DNA from: Leucoraja ocellata | Taxonomy: Eukaryota | Assembly (NCBI GenBank): GCA_036785375.1 | Contig: JAWMAR010000148.1 | Location: forward strand, 3,162,001-3,226,000 | DNA: 64,000 nucleotides | Direction of reading: 5' to 3' | Program-made: the position numbers and the translations under genes | In this document: positions 1-10,915 of the stretch, piece after piece | How the letters are laid out: each line of letters starts with the position of its first letter | Position numbering within the stretch: the first letter of the stretch is position 1 | Notes under the pieces: model-generated | Database searches by the model: none | What the model was told of the DNA's origin: nothing | What the model saw: only the letters and a program-made list of their open reading frames with translations

Positions 1-380
1 CGATAACAGTTGGGAAGAAACTGTCTCTGAATCTGGAGGTACTTCTCTACCTCTTGCCTGGAGGTTGAGGGAGGTGTCCAGTGTGAGACTCATCCTTGAT
101 TATGCTGGTGGCCTTACCGAGGCAGCGTGAAGTGTAGGTGGAGTCAATGGAAAGGAGGTTGGTTGGAGTCTGGACTGCGTCCACCATTCTTGCAGTCTTG
201 GCTGGAACTGTTCTCAAACCATGCTGTGATGCATCCCGATAAAATGCTTTCTACAACTCATCTGTAGAAGACGGCGAGACATGTTGGGGCATGCTGAACT
301 TCACAAGCCTTTTAAGGAAGAAGAGGCTTTGGTGTGCTTTCGTGGTCATTGCTTCAATATGGCAGAGTCAGGACATGTTG
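1..380 (-). mobile_element. Rex1/Babar-clade LINE fragment
   Basis: Reverse strand reads KAHQSLFFLKRL-like Rex1 RT C-terminal motif; similar to 44700-44890; boundaries approximate. Confidence 0.75.
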
Positions 381-684
381 CTGCTGTACTTTGCCCTATT
401 ATAATATGTTAATGATTGAGTCTGACCCAATAAATTTGTGACACCACATTGTGAATAGACTCTGCTGTGGAACTTGTGTATAACTTCAATGTCTAATACA
501 TTCACACCTGGCCCCATGCTTGCCTCATGCCCTGTTTGCAGCCAGTAGCAGATTCTGGCACAGTGGTAACTGTAAATTGCACGGGGTGCCAACATCCGAT
601 TTGGTGGCCGAGAGTGTGAATTCTAATGATAGTACATCTTCATTACTGTTTTCCTGCTCTGCCATCTCTGTTGAAATGAAAGGG

Positions 685-1280
685 TTACAGCATGAAAATG
701 GGCCCTTCGGCCCAACTTGCCCATGCTAATAATAATAATAATAATAATAATAAATTGAATTTATATAGCGCTTTTCAAGAACTCGAAGTCGCTTTACAAG
801 GCAAGGGAAACAAAAAAACAACAACAAAACAAAACAAAACAAAAACAGAACACAAACAAGAACACAAGAGGCAATATCTTGGTCAGCAACATGCTGACCA
901 AGATGTCCCATCTAGTCCCACCTGCCTGCAATTGGCCCATATCCCTTTTAACCTTTCCTATCCATGTACCTGTCCAAATGTCTTTTAAATGTTGCTATAG
1001 TTTCTGCCTCGACTGCATCCTCTGCTTGCTTGTTCCATATACCTTCCACCCTCTGTGAAAAAGTTCCTATTACATTCTTGATTCCCTTACTCTAGCTGAA
1101 GACTGCATTTGCCTTATCTATTCCCTTCATGATTATGTTCACCTCCAAAGGTCACTCCTCCTCCCGCACTCCAAAGCCTAAAGTCCATAAAGTCCAAACA
1201 TGCCCAAGCACTCCCTATAGTTCAGCCCCTAAAATCCTGGCAACGTCCTTGTAAATCTTTTTTGCACTCTTTCCAGCGTA
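685..1280 (-). mobile_element. CR1-clade LINE 3' fragment, interrupted at 728-889
   Basis: Shares ggcccttcggccca and cctatccatgtacctgtccaaatg blocks with many copies in the window; boundaries approximate. Confidence 0.75.
728..889 (-). mobile_element. Short retroposon 3' end (L2-type tail) with (TAA)9 microsatellite, nested in CR1
   Basis: (taa)n at 727-753 then aatttatatagcgcttttca...gctttaca; catgct direct repeats at 722-727 and 890-895. Confidence 0.6.
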
Positions 1281-1741
1281 ATCATTTTAAAATACATTCA
1301 CTACTGTGTACTACCTTTGTAGAATCATTGAACTTTCAATACTTCAACAGGCCTTTGGAGTTAAAGTGGCATGAGCAGGTGTAGAACCCCATCAATGTAA
1401 GCAAATACACTCAACTTCAAGTGCTTGTTACATGGGTCAGGGGTTCATGGATGGGAGCAGCCATGAGATTCTGAGGCATTACAATAAAGACAGCTTTCAC
1501 CTGTGGATTATCATTTGATGTTAATTCATTTGGAATCTTGGATTGAGTCCAATTTTTTTGATAATCTGTGAAAATCTAATTCTTACAATCTTTCCCCCAT
1601 GTGAATCGATTCATTATTAAAGCATTCATTATAATTTTCATTCTGGGTTCTGTTAATCATTTAACATGTTGCACTAATTTTGTTACAGAAATAAAACGTG
1701 AAATATTCAATTTTGTTTTAAAACATTATCTAAAACTACAG

Positions 1742-1820
1742 GTCCTAAGTTATCAATGGCAAAAGAGGGGGCAGTTTTTCCTCCAATCCATGGCATACAA
1801 CTTGGCCTGGGATCCACAAG
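1742..1820 (+). CDS. DMXL2: DMXL2 coding exon (VLSYQWQKRGQFFLQSMAYNLAWDPQ)
   Basis: cag| ... caag|gtaac; 79 nt, phase 0 to 1. Confidence 0.93.
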
Positions 1821-2370
1821 GTAACTGGATCTGTTTAGTAAAATTTAAGTGCTTATGCCGATATACTGTGATTATTGCTCTTGTTTTAAAAATAATTTAA
1901 TCTATTTTTAACAACGTAAAAATATTTTAAAAATATTATTGTCAAATTGAGTTTATTTTTTAATGATTTGTAAAAATATTTTTCTTAAACTGTGGTTTAA
2001 ATACTTCTGTAGATTTAAAACGTTATTTCTCATAATAGAAGTCTTTATGTGCAAAGATACAGTACATTGTGCGCAAATGCAGCTTCACACATAATGGAGC
2101 CCATGCACAATAGAGCTGTAATTAAATTGTTTTCTGTTTTGATGATTGAATATGTTTGGTTTGTAAATTCAAGGTATAGTGAAACTCTGATGATAAGCCA
2201 GCACCTTCAGAATGTTGGCGCCACACTAGTAGACTTTTATTGACTGTTGGATGTTATTCCTTATTAATCGTCTTTACTCTTTTCACAAGCTACACAATGG
2301 TTAATAAATATTTAAATGGATTTGGTGAATTAAAGAGCACGGGAATATGAGTCCTGGGGAGTGTACACTG

Positions 2371-2970
2371 GGTGGTGCCAGCAATAGCTGCCTCGCCAAC
2401 AGTCTGTCTGTCCCTTCCTTTGTTGTTTGTATGTATGTGTTAAATGTATGTTCTTAGTGTTCTTTAGCTTGTTTTATGTGGGGGTTGGTGACTGGGGGAA
2501 ACTTGTTCTAATTTCTTACCTCGACGGAGATGCGTTATTTTTTCCCCGTATCGTATCTTCGTCCGCACTGCGGCCTAACATCGAGGAGTTGGCAGCCTTT
2601 GCTGGGAGAGACTTTGAGCTCCACTGCGGGAGTTTGCTGGATTTTAACATTGCGGAGCTCGCAGTGTCTGGTTAGAGACCGACTTTGGGAACTCCAAGCT
2701 GCTGGAGCTTCGTTCACGCCGTCTGCGGGAGCTTTAAATGCCCCAACTGCGGATGGTTTGACTACCCTGACTATGGGAGAATAAAAGAGGAAGAAGTTTG
2801 GACTTTATTGCCTTCCATCACAGTGAGAAACGTCACAAATCCGCTGTGGTGGATGTTTATGTTAACTTTTATGTAGTTGTGTGTCTTGTTGCGTTTTTTT
2901 AGTATGGCTGTATGGTCATTTCACTGTAGCTTAATTGGTACACATGACAATACACTGACCTTGAAGACTT
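2371..2970 (+). mobile_element. Unclassified CpG-rich non-autonomous retroelement with Rex1-like 3' tail
   Basis: Ends ttcactgtagcttaattggtacacatgacaata plus cttga-type tail; related 3' fragment at ~18250-18400. Confidence 0.55.
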
Positions 2971-3279
2971 GTAGGGCAGTGGGAAATAAAAATTGGTGAA
3001 TTTTGGTTTCTACCTTTCAACTTATCAAAACATGTTGAAAAATATAGGCTGTTTGGACCTCTGCTCTGGCCTCAAACCTACCCATATTCCTGATCCCAGA
3101 TCCAGACATTGCTTTGGAATAGTGTAATCCCAGTCCATGCTATGGAATTCTGTCTTTGGCTGCATACCCTACTTTGCACTCTCTAGCCTCGGCTCACACA
3201 ATAGACAATTGAGTGAACAAATGCTGAACTAGCGGAGTCCTCCCACACTCCAAAGACATACAGGTATGTAGGTTAATTA

Positions 3280-3830
3280 AACCACACTAAAGTATAGGGA
3301 ATGGCCAGAGTGGCAGGCATCCTGAACGATACTTCCAGCGCACGTGGAGATGGAGGGAAGTGATGAGCTTGTGATGGACTGGGCTGTGTTCACCAGGTTC
3401 AGGCAGTCAAGAGCAGAGCAGCTGCCATACCAGGCTGAAATGCAACCTGTCAGAACACCACCTAAACACATGTAGAATTCTGGGACAATTCTCATGGATA
3501 TGTCAAATCTTCTCGAGCTCTGAAGAAAGTAAATTCGCTGATGTACTTTCTTGATCAGTGTGAAGGTGCCTGGTTGGGTTGCTGGTGCAATGGACGTCTT
3601 GGAACTTAAAGCAAATGAGGGCAGGAGACTGTTGCTGAAAGAAGTCGATGAAGCTTGTGGCTGGTTGATTGACGCACACATCTAAGGACTCCATCCAGGC
3701 TAGCTGCTTCCCAATAAATCACCCTTGTGAAAGCAGAACTGACTTCTGCAGTGGACATGTATGTGACAAAGCTAACGGGACCTGCAAATTGTCCAAGGGT
3801 GTAGGACTAGAACTAGTGGGGGTGATCGCT
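3280..3830 (-). mobile_element. Rex1/Babar-clade LINE RT C-terminal fragment
   Basis: ORF 3277..3681: KKVHQRIYFL...GVLTGCISAWYGSC...VNTAQSITSSSLPSI. Confidence 0.85.
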
Positions 3831-4424
3831 CACCGGTGTGAACACGGTGGGCCATAGAGCCAGTTTCCACGCTGTATCTCCAAACTAAAGGTTTGCCTAT
3901 TTAAAACATATGAATGTTAGAATATTGGAGTTTTGCTGTACCTATAATTCTATAACTGCAGATTTTTTGATTTCCAAAGGAGAGGAAACACATTTGCTTC
4001 CAGGAGGCTTGCATACATTTGCACAATTTAGTTGCAAAATGTCAGAGATTCTTAAAAGTCAATGTTGATAAAACTGGCCAATTATCAACACAGCACCAGT
4101 TAGAAACTTCCTCTTATTTTAACACAAGCTTCCACATTCTTTGAAGCCAAGTATAAAGAGTTATAGCCCACGAAGCATTTGATTAACCTGGCTCAACTAG
4201 GCAGTTGTGCAGTAAACCAGGTATCTGGTTGAGTTTGCCCACAGGGTTCCTGTGAATCTAACAATCCATGCCAAATCTTAACTCCAAAGAAATCTAGCTT
4301 ATTTCTACACAACTGAATTGATTACGATAACACATAAGTTTATATAACATTTATATTCATAACCAGCTTCTCACTTTAAAAGTAAGTTTGTTTTGATTGC
4401 AGTTTTCTTCCCTTTTCTGCATAG

Positions 4425-4563
4425 GTAATCAGTTATTGACAGCTACAGATCATCTACAGTTATGGTCGCCTCCATCATGTGATGTTCTTGAGGAAGAGAG
4501 CAGTTCTGAAGAATGCAAATTACAACCAGATTTAAATGACTGGAAATGCATCTGGCAGTGCAA
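4425..4563 (+). CDS. DMXL2: DMXL2 coding exon (GNQLLTATDHLQLWSPP...LNDWKCIWQC)
   Basis: tag| ... gcaa|gtaagt; 139 nt, phase 1 to 2. Confidence 0.93.
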
Positions 4564-5254
4564 GTAAGTGCCAAACTAACATGTTCAAGTTTTTGTTTGA
4601 CTCTTAATTTATTGTCCTACAGCAGTTATTTAATCTATTAGCCTGGGCATTTTGCTTTGGAATAGTGTAATTTATTTTCTACCGGAGATGACAAATAAGA
4701 TGTTAATAAAGATTCTCATGAAAGGTGCCACTTCTGGAAGCCACGTCTAGTTTTCTTTTTTTCTCACTATAATTCTGATGCTGGTTTTGTGTGAAGACAG
4801 TCTTCTCAGTATTTCATGAAACGTTTACATCTTACAAAGTTTATGGCTGAAAAGCTATATCTCCATCCAAGATTTTGGCACCCCTCTAAGTGAGACTTGT
4901 GGGTGCAAGGTAATTAAGAGAGTGTAAACTGGCTTAAAATTGAACCTTGGTTTTTAGTAACATTTATACAAGTAATCAGCCCCTACAAACTGCTGACTCA
5001 TTTTGTAGGGATTAGTCTTGGTGGTATTTTAAGAGGAAGTAAATCTAACTGTGAGAGTGGAACAAAAACAGGCAATGCTGGAAACACTCAGCCAGTCAGG
5101 CAGCATTTGTGAAGAAAAAAAATGTTAACATGGCTGGTTGAATTATTTTTGAATTGCAATCACTTTTGTAATACAGAATCTGCAATAGGCCATGTGGACT
5201 TGTCAAGGACCCAAAAGGAGCAACACCAGAATATTGCATCATCTATTTCAGAGT

Positions 5255-5586
5255 CATTTAGTTGTACAGCACGGTATCAGGCCCTTCGGAACAACTTGTC
5301 CCTGCCATCCGAGATGCCACATTTATTCCCATACTATCTGCTTGCATTGGGCTCGTATCTCTCTAAAACTTCCCTATCCATGTACCTGTCCAAATGCCTT
5401 TTAAATGTTTAGTTTGGTTTAGTTTAGGGATACAGCATGGAAATGGGCCCTTTGGCTCACCAATATATACCGATGATCGATCTAGTTCACTAGTTATAGT
5501 CCTAGAGACTATGGATAATTTGCAGAAGCCAATTCATCTTCAAACCTGCACATCTTCAGAGCATGGGAAGAAATCAGAGGAAACCA
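5255..5586 (-). mobile_element. CR1 3' end followed by HE1-type V-SINE fragment
   Basis: CR1 tail block to ~5408; (gttta)n tail and gccaattcatcttcaaacctgcacatct V-SINE core. Confidence 0.65.
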
Positions 5587-6051
5587 ATTGACATCCCTTT
5601 TTATGAAACAAAGGAAAAAGGCACAATTACTAGAAAATGTGGGTAGTGCATATTTGGATTGCCATATTATGAGAGAGTAGTGTAATTTAAAATCTACCTT
5701 TCCTATGGTGTGATTTTATTTAATACAAACTCATATTTTCTTGAGAATAATATATAAACTTACCTATGAAGTTGGACCAGTGGCAAATAACCAGTAACAA
5801 GACACTTTAAGTTTTATTGAACTTTTTTGTAATATTGAGAAGCTTTATTGCTAAATCCTTATCTTTGCATAATATGGTGGAAGAAAATTCTTTTGTGGGT
5901 ATAGTAATGAATAAATTGAGGGATTTGCATTTATATTGTAGATTCCAGGATGCTATGCATCTAATAAAATAGTTTTAGTGTTTTCAGTGTTATAATGTAA
6001 ATTGCCAAGAGTAGGCTCAGTAATAGATATGCGATAATAATGAAATAATAT

Positions 6052-6300
6052 AGTGATAAATATTAGCCTGGGCATTTTACTTTGGAATAGTGTGATTGCT
6101 TTTCTCTTCACATCTACCTTAGATGACAAATAGGATGTCAGTAAGAATTCTCATCTGAAAGGTGGCAAGTATAACAGCACAATACTGCCTCAGTGTTAAA
6201 GTGTCAATCTAAATCATGTGCTTAATGCTTTAGTGTTACATGAATCCTTAACATACTGACTCGAGAGCTGAGCATGCCACCACTATGTCATGGCTGACAC
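6052..6300 (-). mobile_element. Ancient tRNA-derived DeuSINE-like element (SacSINE1-like)
   Basis: Decayed similarity, from memory, to the reverse complement of the Deu domain (gataaatattagcc...ctcatctgaaaggtggca) and tRNA-like head (ctgactcgagag...gctgacac); related fragments near 4636-4730, 30015-30060, 56785-56830. Confidence 0.55.
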
Positions 6301-6473
6301 TTTTTAAAATCTATGTCTAAAATGAATTAATAAGTTTTCAAAAATACTCTTTACTGCTCTATTTGACATAATTGACTATTGGAACAGGTACAAAATTACA
6401 TAAATATTTGTGCTTAATGTTGGAATCAATTGTTTAAATGTACAACATTAATGTATTTTATTCTGCTTCTTAG

Positions 6474-6540
6474 GACTGCTATTCCAATATATCTCATGAA
6501 GTGGTCCCCTGATGGTGAATATTTTGCAACAGCAGGAAAG
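6474..6540 (+). CDS. DMXL2: DMXL2 coding exon (TAIPIYLMKWSPDGEYFATAGK)
   Basis: tag| ... aag|gtaaga; 67 nt; WD40 motif. Confidence 0.94.
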
Positions 6541-6723
6541 GTAAGATTTTGACAAACACTTTTTAAAAATTTGAGCAGAAGCATTGATTTTTGTTTTGGC
6601 ATTAACTGTAAATAAAATGTTGAAGCAAAATTAATTAAGCTGCAGAAGTAAGATTAGGTAAGGAAGGATTTGTATTTTGCATTTGTTTATAACATGTGTG
6701 AATACATTTTGTTTTCCATGCAG

Positions 6724-6902
6724 GATGACTCCCTTCTGAAAGTATGGTATCTGACCATGGGCTGGAAATCTGCAGTTATAGTTGGAGAAATTCTAGGGGA
6801 AAGAAGTGTTTCTACAGCTGTAGGCTTCTCCTTTGTATATCTGGCACATCCTCGTGCAGTGACAGGATTTTCATGGCGGAAGACCAGTAAATATATGCCA
6901 AG
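6724..6902 (+). CDS. DMXL2: DMXL2 coding exon (DDSLLKVWY...RKTSKYMPR)
   Basis: cag| ... ccaag|gttaga; 179 nt. Confidence 0.94.
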
Positions 6903-7744
6903 GTTAGAGCTGTGCTTGGATTCATTATTGTAAAGGCAATTTCATATTTGTCTTTTAACATGCCGATCAGTCCAAAATTATAGGAAGGCTGCTATTGAGT
7001 GTAACTTCGAAAGAGAGCAGGGCGCCGGTGGAAATTGACATGCCACAGTGCTGGTAGAGGTTGTTTTCCCGAGTTTGGATTAAGACGTATATTAAGCTGG
7101 TTTTGAGTTGGCAAAATTACTTAGCACAGTGATTGAGGGCAGTGGACTTGTTCTCAACTCGCTAGGTTTATTCTGGGGAAGGTCAGAGACGAGTTTGACA
7201 CTTAATTAATAATAGCTTTGTATGGATATTTGGTCTGGTGTGAGGCATGTAAATAACATGCCCTGCCTAATGTAGCTGACTGAAGAGGAATAGTTTGCTT
7301 ATCCATGCATCAAGTTTGCATGATTTGTAGAGCCAAAGTAGATGACATTTTTCTTGTGCCTGGAAATACATGTTGACAACGGTTTTGGCTTCAGAAGCAT
7401 TTCGGAAGACAAAGAATTCAGCTGCCTCGAAGATTATAACCTCAGTGCCAACCCTTGAGGTCTTGGTCTTTGAATTGCTTTTTCGTAGCAATGTTGGCTG
7501 TCAATGAAAGATGTGGGAAGTAGTTCACATTTTCCCAGGGCCTTGCTTTATTATTGGAGGGCAATGTGGTACAAAGGGTTTGAGGGCAGGGGTAAATTGT
7601 GGAGAAAGTGTTAGTAGAGTACCATTTTCATGTATATGCTCTCGTGCTTCAATGAACATGTTGACGGTGGTTTAGAGGGCAACCACCAAGTTTGCACAAA
7701 CGCAAGACCAGCGGTAATCTCTGAAAATTGTCCTCAATTCTGAA

Positions 7745-8095
7745 CTGTCCTGGCAAGAGATGAGCAGGTAGATAGAGGAAGAGATTCAACGATGTGTTCA
7801 AATCATGGCAACATCCCCACTGACTTCTTAGAATCTTTGGTCCAAGAATTGTCATGTTGAAAACAAGCATTGAAGATGTTATTGACAACCTTGGCATGCT
7901 TTTGGTGCATATTGAAACCCTACACGAGTGGCAGAAGAAGTGCACCATATCAGAAACTATCCACTTGCCTTCCCTGTCAGGCACCGCCTATCCCATTAGT
8001 GGAAGAACAGTGATTCCCAAATCAGCCTGCTCAGAACTCTCAAACCTAGAGTGGATGCATCATCCTTTACCCCAAGAGACCATCCAAGAAGTATA
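7745..8095 (+). mobile_element. RTE-clade LINE 3' fragment
   Basis: Degenerate RKRFNDVFK...IPTDxxESLxQ motif typical of RTE C-termini; similar minus-strand piece at ~60985-61120. Confidence 0.55.
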
Positions 8096-8460
8096 ATATC
8101 AGATGTGATGAGAATTGTGCTCCATTATAATTGCCTATCTAGTTGAATAATTTGTATTGTTGTGAACTTGAACAATAATTTGCCTGCATTATTAGTGGTT
8201 GTCTGTTATATGTGGAATTGCACCGTATGGAATGGTAGAAAAGAAACAAAAACTCTTTAACAAAGGTTTTTAAAAATTCAAATACAAGAAGTGCTTTTTT
8301 CTTTTCAATTTTATGAAATAATAAAAGCAGATGGTCATTTACTTACCACTCTAGAAATGTGACCAGTTGCTTCCCGGCACATGTCACTTTATCATACCTA
8401 ACAAGGTTTCTGTATCGGTTATGGATTGGATAATATCATTAAATCTGCAGTGTTGCCTAA

Positions 8461-8630
8461 AGGGCCTGTCCCACTTGCGTGATTTTTTTCGGTGACTTGC
8501 CGGCACCCGTCATAGTCGCAGCAGATTGCCGAAAATCTTCGACATGTTGAAAATCCAGCGGCGACCGGAAAAAGGTACGACTCGTTGGGCGACTTCTCAC
8601 CACCAAACAGGCGTCACCCTGCGATTTTGA
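8461..8630. mobile_element. PIF/Harbinger-like MITE fragment
   Basis: taa|agggcctgtcccact terminus, CpG-rich body; no clean matching right TIR. Confidence 0.5.
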
Positions 8631-9349
8631 CAATAAGCCTTAACTATTCCAAGGTTTGCCCACTAACAAAACGGGCCCAGAGTGGGACCCTGAGACTACT
8701 TGTTTGTTTTTTCCACACCCCTCCCCCACCACTCCATCCCACCATCTCCCTCAAGTCTGTCGAGGTGATCGATTTTCAAACTTGAAAATGTGTAACATTC
8801 ATTCAGTGACACGTGAGACATCTAAATAAGCAGCCGATGACCAAGAAGTTTGCCAGTTGATGCAGTAATTCGGCAGGACCAAGATTTCCCTGCTGTCGTA
8901 TACTATATTACGAAGCATGAAAGAACGTGAAAAGCACTAGGTACAAGGATTATAGGAGAAATTGTACCTCTTACCATTTGAGACTTTCTTAGGAACCATT
9001 TGCAAAGTACACCTTTCTATCTATTATATAATGTTTTTGCACTTCTCTGGATGGTCTCGTGCACTTGAAAAGGACATTAGATATTAAAGTGCTGAAATTT
9101 AATCTCAAGGGTGGAGGGGAAACAACAGGGGAAGCTTTAATGTTCTTGTCCATGAAGCATCCATCCATATATGATATAACAGGTCTTTGGATAGAGTTTC
9201 AGTTAAAAATAGATGCAAAATAACATTTTGCAGCCAATATAATTTGCATTGTTTTGCAAAGTTGTATTTTCAGGATTAAATTTGCTTTAAAATGCTACCA
9301 ACAGTAAGCGTTATTGAGTTACAGATTTCAACATACAAGCACTCTGTTC

Positions 9350-9797
9350 TTAAAAAGACTAAAAATGCAGGAGTAACCCAGTGCCCAAGCAGCATCTCTG
9401 GAGAATGTGGATAGGTGATGTTTTGGGTTGGGGCCCTTTTCAAACCTAATAGTGGGAGGGGAGGGGGGGGAGCTGAAAGAGAGGAGGGGCAGGACAAAGC
9501 CTGGCGAGCAATAGGTGGATACAGGTGAGGAGGCTTTTTGATAGGCAGATGGTTGGAAAAAGGCCAGAGATGAAAAGAGAAAAGGTGTGAGAGAGGTGAG
9601 AATTGTGAAGCCAGAGGAAGGAATGTAAGGAGAAGGGTAGAAATGAGCACAGATCGGGTACGTCACAGGAAAGGGAGGGGGGTGGGGAAAAGTGAGGAAG
9701 GATTGCTGTAGGTTGGTTATCTAAAACTGGAGAATTCAATGTTCGTACCGTTGTGTTGCAAATCTACCCATGTGGAATATGAAGTGCTGTTCAAGTG
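9350..9797 (-). mobile_element. Penelope-like element 3' part (GIY-YIG endonuclease C-terminus plus 3' UTR/pLTR)
   Basis: Minus strand of 9717-9795 reads EQHFIFHMGR / LQHNGTNIEFSSFR* with one frameshift, then a pyrimidine-rich UTR and the gatgctgc...gagttactcc terminal block. Confidence 0.78.
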
Positions 9798-10181
9798 TTT
9801 CATTGAAACGTGGAACTGTGGTTTGCAGTTCACCAACCATCTGCTTGCTAATCCTGCACAAGATGAGACAAGGCATAAGAAGAGTATCCATTAATTTTGC
9901 TGATGCAATATGTTGTAAGCATCAGGTGATTATTATGCAGGTTATGATTTTCTTTCTAGGGAAATGATTTTAGTGCATTTTAATCTTTTGTTTTATTTCA
10001 TTTGTTTCTGTTTGTCAAGTGCATTTGATGCATCTCAAAGTCATTAATGAGTGATTGTAGCTTGCTAGTGGCAGCAAGATCTGGCCTTTAGTAATCTGCG
10101 ACCGAAAAATTCCTCATAAAATAGAAGGGCACTTTCGACATTGGATTTGGAGTGCCGATAATTTCACGGTTTTCTTCCCAG

Positions 10182-10365
10182 GAGCTCTGTGTGCAATGTG
10201 CTTCTGACTTCATGTCGAGATGGCGTCTGCCGGCTGTGGGCTGAAACATTATTGCCAGAAGATAGTCTTTTTCCGGGACAAATGGCAGAGACCACTATCA
10301 ATACCTCAACCACCAGCCTTTCTCACGGTGGGAGTCAGAAAGACAAAATCCACCATGCTCTAGAG
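10182..10365 (+). CDS. DMXL2: DMXL2 coding exon (SSVCNVLLTSCRDGVCRLWAETLLPED...IHHALE)
   Basis: cag| ... gag|gtaatt; 184 nt. Confidence 0.94.
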
Positions 10366-10524
10366 GTAATTATTTCCGAATCCAATAGAAAGTACAGAGT
10401 AAAATAGATGTAATGTAGATGTAGTTCATTTAATGTGTATCAAATATATATTTAGTTTGTATATTCCATGTTTTGACAGCTTAATGCTCGAAGTACCTTT
10501 CAAACAAATCCTACTCTATCTGAA

Positions 10525-10730
10525 TGTTTAAGAAGGAATTGCAGATGCTGGAAAATCGAAGGTAGACAAAAATGCTGGAGAAACTTAGTGGGTGAGGCAG
10601 CATCTATGGAGTGAAGGAAATAGGCAATGTTTCGGGTCTGAAGAAGGGTTTTCAACCCGAAACGTTGCCCATTTCCTTTGCTCCATAGATGCTGCCTCAC
10701 CCGCTGAGTTTCTCCAGCATGTTTGTCTAC
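10525..10730. mobile_element. Palindromic Penelope-derived mini-element
   Basis: Arm 10562-10637 is the near reverse complement of arm 10655-10730. Confidence 0.8.
10634..10670 (+). ncRNA. Minimal type I hammerhead ribozyme-like motif (Penelope type)
   Basis: GGGU-CUGAAGA-A-GGGUU(UUC)AACCC-GAAA-CG-UU-GCCC: both core boxes, 5-bp stem II, palindromic ACGU stem III, 4-bp stem I; activity untested. Confidence 0.55.
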
Positions 10731-10915
10731 TCTAGTCTATTTGAAATTGTAGTGTATAGGAAACAAATGTGCCTATTGTTCTAACATTGAAATAAGTCTG
10801 TGTAATTTCAGTGTGGTGCACTTATAAAGAAGTCACACAAACTTGAGATCCCTTGCCATCAGTATGTGCACAGTCTACTCATTCTCTTGGTGGTCTGTCA
10901 GTGTCTTTGAATATA

